NCBI GenBank assembly: GCA_900549365.1
Contig: UROD01000001.1
Coordinates: 1 to 47,778, forward strand
Direction: 5' to 3'
Source of the DNA: an uncultured Rickettsiales bacterium
Lineage (GTDB): Bacteria > Pseudomonadota > Alphaproteobacteria > Rs-D84
Length of the DNA: 47,778 bases
The position numbers and the translations under genes were made by a program. This document shows positions 17,782 to 28,512 of this stretch, in pieces. The notes beneath the pieces were generated by a model. That model did no database searches. It saw only the letters and a list, made by a program, of their open reading frames with translations, and was not told where the DNA came from. Position 1 is the stretch's first letter; each line of letters starts with the position of its first letter.

Positions 17782-19119
17782 TCAAAAACGTTGTTGTACA
17801 CCAAGTTCGACACCTATTTTATCGTACTCTCGCTGCCAGATATTAGAGTGTCGACGCGTATAACTAACAGTAAGCGTAGGAACAAAATCAAACACTGACA
17901 ACTTATTATTTGATACAGATACCGCATATCTATTGGTAAAGCTACTTTCTGCAATATGTTCAAATTTGTTATTACTTATAACCCAACGCTGTTCATCATA
18001 CCGTTGCCAATATACTGATGAAGATAAAAATATAGTAAAGCCGCCCAACAATTCTGTTCCAAAACCTACCCCCGCACTCGGTCGCCAATGCGAGTAAATA
18101 TTATTTTTCGTCGTTTCTCTTGCTAATCCACAATTCAATGTTACATATTTTGATGCATTAAAAGAATATATAAAACCTGTATTTACATCATATGTATAAC
18201 CATTAAAAATATTTTCAAACTCATCATAAATGTTCTCTAAAACGCGCAGTTCTACACGCCCCGATAGATTCCGTGCAAAATCATAACTTACATTCAATCT
18301 ACCTCCGCCAGACCAATTATATACATTCCAACCATACCAACGTCTTCCTCCCAAGACAGACAACCAAACATCTCCCCGTTCCCATATATATCTAGGGCCC
18401 GTTCCCACAGATAAGTACAAATTATCAAAATCATGTTTGTTGTAAACGTCTGCATATACATGAGCATCCGTTTTCCAACGCCAATTATCCGTCAATATAA
18501 ATTCATAATCCCCACCAACAATAGTATTCAGCCCAAGCGCACGCTGCGGTTCTGGCAATTTTCTGCACAATGTACCAAACATAGTTTTTATGCATTCCTC
18601 CCCACCAGCAGCCGTGTTTATATTACTATCTGGGGTCAAGCCCATATTAAAATACAAGTTCCAATTCTTATTTTGTCGTATAACATATCGCGCATTATTC
18701 ATTATAGTTTTTACGTTATTAGGTAAATCTTTTCCCGCCATAGCCCTGCGCAATTGATAATCAGCACGATGCCATTGCTTTGTTTGCATATAACAAAGGG
18801 CCAGTTCAAACCGCACTCGGGCTAAATCTGGGTATTCATCCAAAATATGACGAAATATCAATATAGCTTTATTATATTCCTGTCGTGCACTCGCTAAACG
18901 CCCCAGCAAAAACATTCTCTCTATATCCAAAGCGGGCTCTTCAAAATTTGGCAAATTATTTAGTATCTCCGCCGCCCCATCTACATATCCGCCATCAATC
19001 ATATTTCCAACAGCTCTCAGCACACTAACAACTGGCATCTTTTCAGTTTGTACATATGCGCCGGCTCGGCAAATTTCCGGTCCCACCACTAGCAATAAAA
19101 GTATTGCCAACCTCTTCAC
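17782..19119 (-). CDS. Surface lipoprotein assembly modulator (Slam; TPR + DUF560 beta-barrel; type XI secretion)
   Basis: GTG start overlapping the upstream stop (TAGTG). Signal peptide, then TPR-like helices (FLLGRLASARQEYNKAILIFRHIL...ELALCYMQTKQW), then a long beta-strand-rich region ending in ...GVQQRF. Confidence 0.6.
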   Translation of the reverse strand: MKRLAILLLLVVGPEICRAGAYVQTEKMPVVSVLRAVGNMIDGGYVDGAAEILNNLPNFEEPALDIERMFLLGRLASARQEYNKAILIFRHILDEYPDLARVRFELALCYMQTKQWHRADYQLRRAMAGKDLPNNVKTIMNNARYVIRQNKNWNLYFNMGLTPDSNINTAAGGEECIKTMFGTLCRKLPEPQRALGLNTIVGGDYEFILTDNWRWKTDAHVYADVYNKHDFDNLYLSVGTGPRYIWERGDVWLSVLGGRRWYGWNVYNWSGGGRLNVSYDFARNLSGRVELRVLENIYDEFENIFNGYTYDVNTGFIYSFNASKYVTLNCGLARETTKNNIYSHWRPSAGVGFGTELLGGFTIFLSSSVYWQRYDEQRWVISNNKFEHIAESSFTNRYAVSVSNNKLSVFDFVPTLTVSYTRRHSNIWQREYDKIGVELGVQQRF

Positions 19120-20357
19120 TATTTCACGCCAAATGCAATATTCATATCAACACCTGATTCTGCTTCATTATATCGTACCAACCCAGTGGCTTCATTTGGA
19201 ATACCTGTATCTGGTTTTTCACCATAGTATGTGGCATCAAATTTCGCACCATCATCCTTTATCACACCATTTACATCTGACTTTTTTTCTAATTTAACCA
19301 AATTATTTTTATTACTATAATTATTAAACTCTATTTCACCATTATCATTTACATTTACATCATACCAATTATTAAACTGTGCACTCAACGTACTGTTTCC
19401 TGTTGACCGATTAAAAACAAGTGTTGCGTTGCCATCAAGATCAACAACATGTTGTGCATTTGATGCGGTACCAACGGCACGACCAGTAAAGTTAACATCA
19501 CCAGCTATATCTTCTGTTCCTATTTTGTGCGATAAATACCCGCCCGCAAAAACAGCGTTATCTGATAAAATATCTCGTATATCAGACGCAGCGTCAGGTC
19601 GATTTTTTACAACACTATACGTCCCAAAATCAGAATACGAAAGTCCCAAATTTTTACCAATCGAATTAAAGTACATTCTTGTTGCGTCATCATTTATATC
19701 CGTATAGACCCAATTATCAAATTTTACCGTTTTACCATCTTGAACAATCTTTGCACCTGTTATACGCCCATCATCATCCAAAATAAATTGTATCTCTCCA
19801 CCATACTGCGTATTAAATTTTGCATTTTCTGCATTCAATAACAACGTGTATTTGCGTATTTCTTTTGATATCTCATTAAATGTAGTTGTATTCCTATCTC
19901 GCCACCGCACAAAACACGCTGCCGCACTATCAACAGTGGCATTATTAAAGCAAGAATTTAATCTATTATCAATCACATACGCCGCCATATGCATCAGTAA
20001 AAAATTGTCAACAAATTTATCTTTTATCTCTGTTTCCGTATATTCATCACCTGTCAACCAACTAGCTGCACTTGCTATATCTACTCTAGAAACATCAACA
20101 CCCGTATCAGGATTAAATAAACTCCATTCATTTAATCTATATTGTATATAATCAGAAATTTGATTTTCAGTATTAGACAAGAGTCCTGTAACCGTCGCAT
20201 TATAATTTGTAATAGCATTCGAAAAATCTTGCTCTGGGTTTGTAGGAGCACCCAATGGGTTATGTGAACGATGTTGATAATCATAATCAATAGAACCATT
20301 ATCGCCAGTGCACGCCGTTAACAAACATAACACAAACAAGGTAATACATCTTTTCAT
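19119..20357 (-). CDS. Slam-dependent-type surface lipoprotein (TbpB/HpuA-like C-terminal 8-stranded barrel)
   Basis: ATG at 20357 is preceded by GGGAGAAAAA. Lipobox LLTAC. The C-terminus (FTGRAVGT...ATLVFN...FDATYYGEKPDTGIPNEATGLVRYN...MNIAFGVK) follows the TbpB-handle/barrel signature. Confidence 0.55.
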   Translation of the reverse strand: MKRCITLFVLCLLTACTGDNGSIDYDYQHRSHNPLGAPTNPEQDFSNAITNYNATVTGLLSNTENQISDYIQYRLNEWSLFNPDTGVDVSRVDIASAASWLTGDEYTETEIKDKFVDNFLLMHMAAYVIDNRLNSCFNNATVDSAAACFVRWRDRNTTTFNEISKEIRKYTLLLNAENAKFNTQYGGEIQFILDDDGRITGAKIVQDGKTVKFDNWVYTDINDDATRMYFNSIGKNLGLSYSDFGTYSVVKNRPDAASDIRDILSDNAVFAGGYLSHKIGTEDIAGDVNFTGRAVGTASNAQHVVDLDGNATLVFNRSTGNSTLSAQFNNWYDVNVNDNGEIEFNNYSNKNNLVKLEKKSDVNGVIKDDGAKFDATYYGEKPDTGIPNEATGLVRYNEAESGVDMNIAFGVK

Positions 20358-20521
20358 TTTTTTCTCCCAACTGACTAACACTTTACATTGTACTTGTACA
20401 GGTAACATTTTCAATAAAATAATCTTTATCACCTTGATTGCATACAAGCTATCAATTACTATATTAGACGCATAGGTATATAATCCTATTATCTCACACA
20501 AACTAAAAAAAGGGTAAAACA

Positions 20522-21412
20522 ATGGCGTTATTACAATATTTAGAAGAAGGTCAATTCTCTACTAACCTAGAAACCGGTGATTATAAAGTTATTGTAATAG
20601 GCCCTGGTGGTGATGGTGGCAAGGGAGGAACATCCATAGGTAGTAATTTAAGTACAGCTTCTCGCGTAGACGGCGCTGCCGGTGGTGGTGGTGGCGGCGG
20701 TGCGTATGTTTACGTCAATACATTCTATAATGTACCGGCTGGTGAATTACATATCATAATACGAGAAACCGACACTACCTTGTTTGGGCCAATTCTTATA
20801 ACCATCCCCAAAGCCGGTTCTGGCAACACAATAGGCGACAACTCTAACGTTCCTGCACAACCGGGCGATTCTATTGGCGAACAAGGTTTTATTGGCTCCC
20901 ATGGAGGTGGTGCTGGAGGTAATTTTGGAATTAAGGTCACATCAGGTGATTTTCCAGAAGTAACACCTATACGCGGTGGTCAGGGTAGCCACGGTAATGG
21001 CGAAGATTCAACAATCGGAACCATAACCGGTACTGTTCAAGCCGGTGGCAAGGGTGGAAAAGGCGGTGCCAATCCAAGATTAGCAGCTGGTAGTGGCGGT
21101 TTCGGTGCATCAGCCAATGGAGTACACATCACTGAACAAAATTTTCTTCAAATTACTGCCGAGTACCTAGCGGAGAAAATTACAGGTGGCAATGGTTCCA
21201 ATGGCACCGCTCCTGCAAGTCGTCAAGCCGTAACCGGAATTTCTGGTGGCAACGGCGGTGGTGGCGGCGGAGCATGGACAAATGGAAAAGATGGAGCAAA
21301 AGCTATCGCCCCGGGTCGCGGAGTCAACGGCAAAGGTGGTAATGGTGGCATTGGCGGTCTAGGTGCTGTTTGGTTAATGAAACTAAAAAACAACACAACC
21401 AAAACACACTAA
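20522..21412 (+). CDS. Glycine-rich domain protein (no signal peptide)
   Basis: 296 aa with an AAGGG SD. Blocks such as YKVIVIGPGGDGGKGG, GAAGGGGGGGAYVYV and GGNGGGGGGAW resemble the glycine-rich domain seen in phage and viral fibre-like proteins. Confidence 0.5.
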   Translation: MALLQYLEEGQFSTNLETGDYKVIVIGPGGDGGKGGTSIGSNLSTASRVDGAAGGGGGGGAYVYVNTFYNVPAGELHIIIRETDTTLFGPILITIPKAGSGNTIGDNSNVPAQPGDSIGEQGFIGSHGGGAGGNFGIKVTSGDFPEVTPIRGGQGSHGNGEDSTIGTITGTVQAGGKGGKGGANPRLAAGSGGFGASANGVHITEQNFLQITAEYLAEKITGGNGSNGTAPASRQAVTGISGGNGGGGGGAWTNGKDGAKAIAPGRGVNGKGGNGGIGGLGAVWLMKLKNNTTKTH

Positions 21413-21588
21413 AAACAATATACGGACGCACCAGTTGCGATACCGCAACCGGCATATTCCCATATGCCTATTTGCTTGTTTGAACCCCCTGCCCTCGGGG
21501 GTTCTGCGTCCCTGATAACACAATTACCAAAAAGTCAGCCTTATTGCCCGTCTTCGCTACGCTACGCCGCGGCACTGAATTTTCTAAT

Positions 21589-21618
21589 AAAAAACACCGG
21601 CGTCTGCCGGTGTTTTTC
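21589..21618. terminator. Hairpin terminator; right copy of the near-identical pair
   Basis: AATAAAAAACACCGGC-GTCT-GCCGGTGTTTTT, located 12 nt from the tRNA 3' end. Confidence 0.6.
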
Positions 21619-21629
21619 AAGAAAATTCG

Positions 21630-21706
21630 TGGTAGCGGGAGAGGGACTTGAACCCCCGACACGCGGATTATGATTCCGCTGCTCTAACCAGCTGAGCTAT
21701 CCCGCC
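21630..21706 (-). tRNA. tRNA with CAT anticodon (elongator Met or lysidine-type Ile2)
   Basis: The reverse complement is GGCGGGATAGCTCAGCTGGTTAGAGCAGCGGAATCATAATCCGCGTGTCGGGGGTTCAAGTCCCTCTCCCGCTACCA. It folds as a canonical cloverleaf and lacks initiator features. Confidence 0.85.
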
Positions 21707-21855
21707 AACGCCCGCGCATTATAAACATAAAAAAATTAAATGTCCACAAAATTATACGCGCGCACCGCAATCGGATTTTATTCTGATTGCATAATTATTA
21801 TATTTTTTAATATTTTGTTTGAAAGGTGGGCAAAAATAGTGTATTATATTGCGTC

Positions 21856-22413
21856 ATGAAAAAATTCTTAGCATCTTTATTTGGCATTATTTTTGCAGCC
21901 AATGCCGTCGCCGCTGAAAATCCATTTTTCGGCAAATACGAAAACCAAATTGCATTCCATTTTGGCCAGGGTATCGACAGTGGTTTCTTGGTTCCGCCAC
22001 CGGCGCGCCCCGTGCCATTTTACATGTTGCATTTCCAGTATTCCCAGCCGACAACATTCTTTCGTGTGCCGGCACGCCAGTCATTGAACATCGGTCAAAC
22101 ATTGGGATTTGGTAAAAAATACGGCTGGAATTGGGATCAATACACAATTCCAATGGTGTTTCTCAGCGAAGATGTCGTCCTGTTCCACGGAAAAAGATGG
22201 TACTATGCCAACGGCGCAGGTGTCGGATTGCAGGCGCAACAGAACGAACGCTTGGGTGCAAAATTATTATTCCAATGGAAAATGATTGGCGGGTATAAAT
22301 TAAACGACCGCACAAACATCGAATTATTTATGCAGCATTTTTCCAACGCAAATACCGCACGTGAAAATTACTCATATGCGTTTTACGGTCTGGGCTTTAC
22401 ATATAATTTCTAA
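21856..22413 (+). CDS. pagL: Lipid A 3-O-deacylase (PagL)-like outer-membrane acyloxyacyl hydrolase
   Basis: Signal peptide MKKFLASLFGIIFAANAVAA, a small beta-barrel ending in ...GLGFTYNF, and a catalytic-type HFSNA motif. The start at 21856 is preferred over 21826. Confidence 0.6.
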   Translation: MKKFLASLFGIIFAANAVAAENPFFGKYENQIAFHFGQGIDSGFLVPPPARPVPFYMLHFQYSQPTTFFRVPARQSLNIGQTLGFGKKYGWNWDQYTIPMVFLSEDVVLFHGKRWYYANGAGVGLQAQQNERLGAKLLFQWKMIGGYKLNDRTNIELFMQHFSNANTARENYSYAFYGLGFTYNF

Positions 22414-22421
22414 GTGCAGTC

Positions 22422-22448
22422 AAAAAAAATGTCCGCCATCGGCGGACA
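22422..22448 (-). terminator. Terminator shared by ung (-) and pagL-like (+)
   Basis: Stem-loop TGTCCGCC-ATC-GGCGGACA, with an 8-nt T-run on the minus strand. Confidence 0.75.
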
Positions 22449-22492
22449 CAAAATTTGAATTTTTTATCGCGGCGGCGCGAAGCGGATACGGA

Positions 22493-23155
22493 TTACCATT
22501 CAATCGGCGTTTTGCCGTGTTGAACCAGATATTCATTCGCACGCGAAAAATGATGATTACCAAAGAATCCACGATGCGCGGACAGTGGCGACGGGTGCAC
22601 CGATTTCAATATCAGATTACGTGATGGGTCAACAAATTCCGCCTTGCGCTGGGCGTACGAACCCCACAGCATATAAACAATATTATCACGGTGCGCCACC
22701 GCACGAATAACCGCATCGGTAAATTGTTCCCACCCGCGTCCCGCATGCGATGCCGCCTGATGCGCCGCCACCGTCAACGTAGAATTTAACAACAACACGC
22801 CCTGACGCGCCCACGCGGTTAAATCGCCATGCGTCGCACTGGGACGCCCCAAATCAGATTCAATTTCTTTGTAAATATTTATCAAACTGGGTGGTACAGG
22901 TGTTGGTGGCAACACAGAAAAACACAGACCGTGCGCCTGCCCTGGTTCGTGATACGGGTCTTGACCTATAATCACAACCTTGACGTCTGGCAACGGACAC
23001 AGGTTAAACGCATTGAATATATTTTGTGGCGCAGGGTACACCGCATGCCCCGCCAAATATTCATTACGTACAAATTCCGTCAGTTTGATAAAATAATCTT
23101 TATCAAATTCACCCGCCAGCGCATCTTTCCATGACTGTTCAATTTTTACATTCAT
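22493..23155 (-). CDS. ung: Uracil-DNA glycosylase
   Basis: Motifs [18 protein letters not shown] and HPSPLSA. ATG 23155 overlaps the upstream TGA (ATGA). Confidence 0.95.
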   Translation of the reverse strand: MNVKIEQSWKDALAGEFDKDYFIKLTEFVRNEYLAGHAVYPAPQNIFNAFNLCPLPDVKVVIIGQDPYHEPGQAHGLCFSVLPPTPVPPSLINIYKEIESDLGRPSATHGDLTAWARQGVLLLNSTLTVAAHQAASHAGRGWEQFTDAVIRAVAHRDNIVYMLWGSYAQRKAEFVDPSRNLILKSVHPSPLSAHRGFFGNHHFSRANEYLVQHGKTPIEW

Positions 23156-23802
23156 AATTTTATCAACCCTGTTTGTAATGCTTTCCATAAAACCACATCA
23201 ATATACCCACGTGGCAATGACGTTTCGTTGCATAATTTTTCAAACATCGCATCACACGCGGCGCGAATATCTGGGTTTAATTTTTTATTATCGATTTTTT
23301 CGTGCAGTGCGGGATTTCCGCTGTACAGCGCACCCAGACGCTGAATCCAAATATCGTATTTCACAACATCTTCGCCCAAGTTTCGTGCCAAATGATTTGC
23401 CGTGATTTTTCCAATATGTGGCAAACGCGACAAGAACCCCAAACGAGTATCAACATCATTTAACTTATAATATTCTGCACATAACGTATCGCGATTTTGC
23501 CAAATTTTACAAATCGCATTTATTTTATTTTTATTGTGAAAAACAGAAAACAGATAGTCAAAATCTGCGCCACGCACACGCAACGCAGACATTATTTTTT
23601 CATGAATTGATTTCGCCGTCTTTTGTGAAAACCCGCCCGCTAAAATTACATAGGCACACTGCGTTGCAAATGCATCTGCATCACAAATATGCCGATGCAT
23701 CAGGTTATCTTTGATTTGGTCAAACGATTGCGCATCACTGTCCAGTCCTGCCGCCCGCAACCGCGCGTCCAAATCAAAGAACCATTTTCCATCAAACATC
23801 AT
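23152..23802 (-). CDS. HhH-GPD-superfamily DNA glycosylase-like protein
   Basis: [26 protein letters not shown] parallels the EndoIII segment LPGVGRKTANVVL...VDTHI (helix-hairpin-helix followed by Asp). It is flanked tightly by gyrB and ung. Confidence 0.45.
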   Translation of the reverse strand: MMFDGKWFFDLDARLRAAGLDSDAQSFDQIKDNLMHRHICDADAFATQCAYVILAGGFSQKTAKSIHEKIMSALRVRGADFDYLFSVFHNKNKINAICKIWQNRDTLCAEYYKLNDVDTRLGFLSRLPHIGKITANHLARNLGEDVVKYDIWIQRLGALYSGNPALHEKIDNKKLNPDIRAACDAMFEKLCNETSLPRGYIDVVLWKALQTGLIKL

Positions 23803-26202
<2,400 letters not shown>

Positions 26203-26243
26203 TTATATTCCTTTCTTTTTTCTATGTAAAAAATAGCAATTTC

Positions 26244-26252
26244 TGGTATAAT
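26244..26252 (+). promoter_or_regulatory. Extended -10 promoter element (TGgTATAAT)
   Basis: TGGTATAAT lies 27 nt upstream of the ATG at 26279, in the divergent gyrB intergenic region. Confidence 0.4.
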
Positions 26253-26278
26253 TATCAAGAAAAAAGGGGACAAAAATT

Positions 26279-26551
26279 ATGGTAGAAAGCAAAGCACAAA
26301 CATTTTCAAAATCTGACTTTCTGTCGCCAGCGGCGGTGGCTAAAAAATACGGTACAGACAAACTGACCGCGGCCCAGATTATGCATAACCAATTCAAACG
26401 CGGAACAAAAATCCTGACTAAATACGGTTCGCGCCCAATGATTACAATTGACCCATTGGTTCACTCTAAAACCAAGGACGGATTTCCTGCATACCGCCTG
26501 CATCCATTGGCAGACGAAAAATTCAAAGAATTACTGGCCAAGGAGAAATAA
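26279..26551 (+). CDS. Hypothetical 90-aa basic protein
   Basis: Strong SD (AAGGGGA). It ends 3 nt before the next gene. Confidence 0.5.
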   Translation: MVESKAQTFSKSDFLSPAAVAKKYGTDKLTAAQIMHNQFKRGTKILTKYGSRPMITIDPLVHSKTKDGFPAYRLHPLADEKFKELLAKEK

Positions 26552-26554
26552 TCT

Positions 26555-27124
26555 ATGAAGTTCAAGTTATTGTATTTTGGCGATATTTTAATCAACCCCA
26601 AAAAGCGTTCTCAACATATTGCTGATATTCGTATGCAATTCCACCCACAACTGAAAAAATTGGTGGAACACCAGCCATGGAATAACCTGACGCAATATAT
26701 GGTGCCAACCGCCACCAAGAGCCCAATTACAACCCGCCATGTGGGTGGTATTGATTGGAATCCTATTATTACACCAAACCTGAAATTATTGGCTGAAATA
26801 GATATTCAAATGATGCACCCAGAAATTGTTGGTGTTCCACGCCGCGATATTGATAACCGCGTTAAAACATTACTGGACGGGCTGCGTTGCCCCCAGAATG
26901 AACACGAGGTCGGCGAAAACACACCACGCGACATAGGGCCAATTTACACATTACTAGATGACGACCATCTGATAACAAAAATATCAGTAAATACCAGCCA
27001 CTTGCTGGGCACAGAATTATTCAGCGAAAGTATTCCCAAAACACCAGACGCGGTGTTTATAATGCTGGACGTCAATGTACGTGTCGCCGAAGGAAATCTG
27101 GAAAACCTGCCGTTTATGGTATAA
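26555..27124 (+). CDS. RusA-like Holliday-junction endonuclease-fold protein (extended, 189 aa)
   Basis: SD AAGGAGA. PRRDIDNRVKTLLDGL matches the RusA segment RRRDLDNLQKAAFDAL, and the downstream LLDDDHLI matches the RusA DDxQV acidic site. Confidence 0.5.
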   Translation: MKFKLLYFGDILINPKKRSQHIADIRMQFHPQLKKLVEHQPWNNLTQYMVPTATKSPITTRHVGGIDWNPIITPNLKLLAEIDIQMMHPEIVGVPRRDIDNRVKTLLDGLRCPQNEHEVGENTPRDIGPIYTLLDDDHLITKISVNTSHLLGTELFSESIPKTPDAVFIMLDVNVRVAEGNLENLPFMV

Positions 27125-27149
27125 AAATGCCCCACCAGGGGCATTTTTT
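27123..27149 (+). terminator. Rho-independent terminator
   Basis: AAAAATGCCCC-ACCA-GGGGCATTTTTT, directly after the stop codon. Confidence 0.8.
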
Positions 27150-27181
27150 AGAGAATAGATAATAGAGCATAGATAATAGAT

Positions 27182-27210
27182 AGTGCGCCGTCTGGCGCAC
27201 TGTTTTATTT
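27182..27210 (+). terminator. Second hairpin plus T-rich tail
   Basis: AGTGCGCC-GTCT-GGCGCACT followed by GTTTTATTT. Confidence 0.5.
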
Positions 27211-27213
27211 ACT

Positions 27214-27342
27214 GGATTGCTTCGTTTCACTCGCAATGAAACCGAGCGGTACGCGAAGGTTGCGGCAAGGACGAAGTCCGCAGGCGACACATGCACAAAA
27301 AACAATGTCATTGCGAGCAAGCGTAGCGACGCGTGGCAATCC
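27214..27342. repeat. Inverted pair of REP-like units (TCATTGCGAG...GCAATCC family)
   Basis: 27214-27239 (GGATTGCTTCGTTTCACTCGCAATGA) is the inverted form of 27308-27342 (TCATTGCGAGCAAGCGTAGCGACGCGTGGCAATCC). Each unit also contains an internal ATTGC/GCAAT palindrome. Confidence 0.7.
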
Positions 27343-27407
27343 AGTTTATGTTATGTTGCGCGCAGCGCACAAAATTTTTATCGCGGCGAAGCGCAACGGA
27401 GACGGAT

Positions 27408-27435
27408 GAACTTTGAACTCTGAACTTTGAACTTT
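27408..27435. repeat. Four tandem heptamers GAACT(T/C)T
   Basis: GAACTTT GAACTCT GAACTTT GAACTTT, ending 2 nt from the stop codon of the pilR-like gene. Confidence 0.9.
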
Positions 27436-27437
27436 CT

Positions 27438-28511
27438 TTATGATAGCGCAGCGGTAATTTGATCTTGCATTTGGAATGTGCCCAGCACCACCCACGCAAT
27501 AACCGCAGACACCAATAAAATACCAATACTGTTTAATACATTAGAAATTGATTCAATCTTGCGTACGGATTCGTCCAGATAATCGTTCGCCACACGTGAC
27601 AAATTCTTGTCAAAACCATTCATATCGGCATAAATGGTCAAATCACCAATCAGTTCTTCGTTTGGAAAATCACGCCCAGAATGTGCCAACGCCATACCTA
27701 AATTATCACCATTTGCGATATAACGTAACGTCACATCCAATATACTACGCAGATATCTGTTAGAATTATCTGCCAGCATACGCATTGCGTCTGGTATGGT
27801 AATGCCCGCTGCTACCATTGACGACAACCCCATCAACCAACCAACAGACAACTGAATCTTGTAAATATTCCATGGTGGCAATTTATCAAACACGCGACGC
27901 AATGGCCCAGACCAATTTGCCAAACTGACCCATATAATCATAATCAATGCACAGAATCCGACCGCAAACACATACCAATATTTAATTGAAAATTCTGACA
28001 ACGCAATCAGTGATGCCGCCGCCGATTTCCACACCATGGAATTGCCTGCAACCTCGGCCAATGGGGGAACCAGATATAAACCGACCATAATAATTATACC
28101 AAACGTCAACACCAACAAAAACAACGGGTACGCAAATGCACCAATCATTGCACGCTTGATACGTTGTGCGCCATCAACAACACGACTGATACTTTCCAGC
28201 GCAACCACCAAATCAGACAGATTTCCAGACGTCAGCAACAAAGTTTCATCCGCCGGCACCCAACCACGCGTTGCGTCAGAAAAACTCATACCACGTTCCA
28301 GATTTTTCTGAAATTCACGCATTGCAATGGCAAAAGGTTCGTTTGGTTTTTCCCCATTTTTGGATTCAACCATTTCCAAACGACCCAACGCGTCCATCAA
28401 CGAAAAATCATTACGCAACAGTGACGCCAACTTGCGCGCCATCATCATACGTTTTTCAGTGTTTAATTTGAACACTAATTTTGCATAAAACTTGTCCAGT
28501 TTGGTTGTCAT
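27438..28511 (-). CDS. Type II secretion F-family inner-membrane platform protein (type IVb PilR/TcpE/BfpE-like)
   Basis: 357 aa with two GspF-like repeats and three TM segments. It starts 1 nt after the ATPase gene ends. Confidence 0.7.
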   Translation of the reverse strand: MTTKLDKFYAKLVFKLNTEKRMMMARKLASLLRNDFSLMDALGRLEMVESKNGEKPNEPFAIAMREFQKNLERGMSFSDATRGWVPADETLLLTSGNLSDLVVALESISRVVDGAQRIKRAMIGAFAYPLFLLVLTFGIIIMVGLYLVPPLAEVAGNSMVWKSAAASLIALSEFSIKYWYVFAVGFCALIMIIWVSLANWSGPLRRVFDKLPPWNIYKIQLSVGWLMGLSSMVAAGITIPDAMRMLADNSNRYLRSILDVTLRYIANGDNLGMALAHSGRDFPNEELIGDLTIYADMNGFDKNLSRVANDYLDESVRKIESISNVLNSIGILLVSAVIAWVVLGTFQMQDQITAALS

Positions 28512-28512
28512 A

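Noticed and set aside
21464-21673. 69-aa and 64-aa ORFs on both strands
   Set aside because: They run through a terminator hairpin and into the tRNA-CAT gene. They are non-coding.
27155-27435. CRISPR-like array (short direct repeats and tandem heptamers)
   Set aside because: The repeats are 7-12 nt with no regularly sized unique spacers. Only 2-4 copies are present. There are no cas genes anywhere in the window.
26279-27437. Prophage remnant, inferred from the RusA-like gene
   Set aside because: There are no other phage genes (integrase, repressor, structural or lysis) and no att-like repeats around the cassette. I kept it as a finding but not as a mobile-element call.
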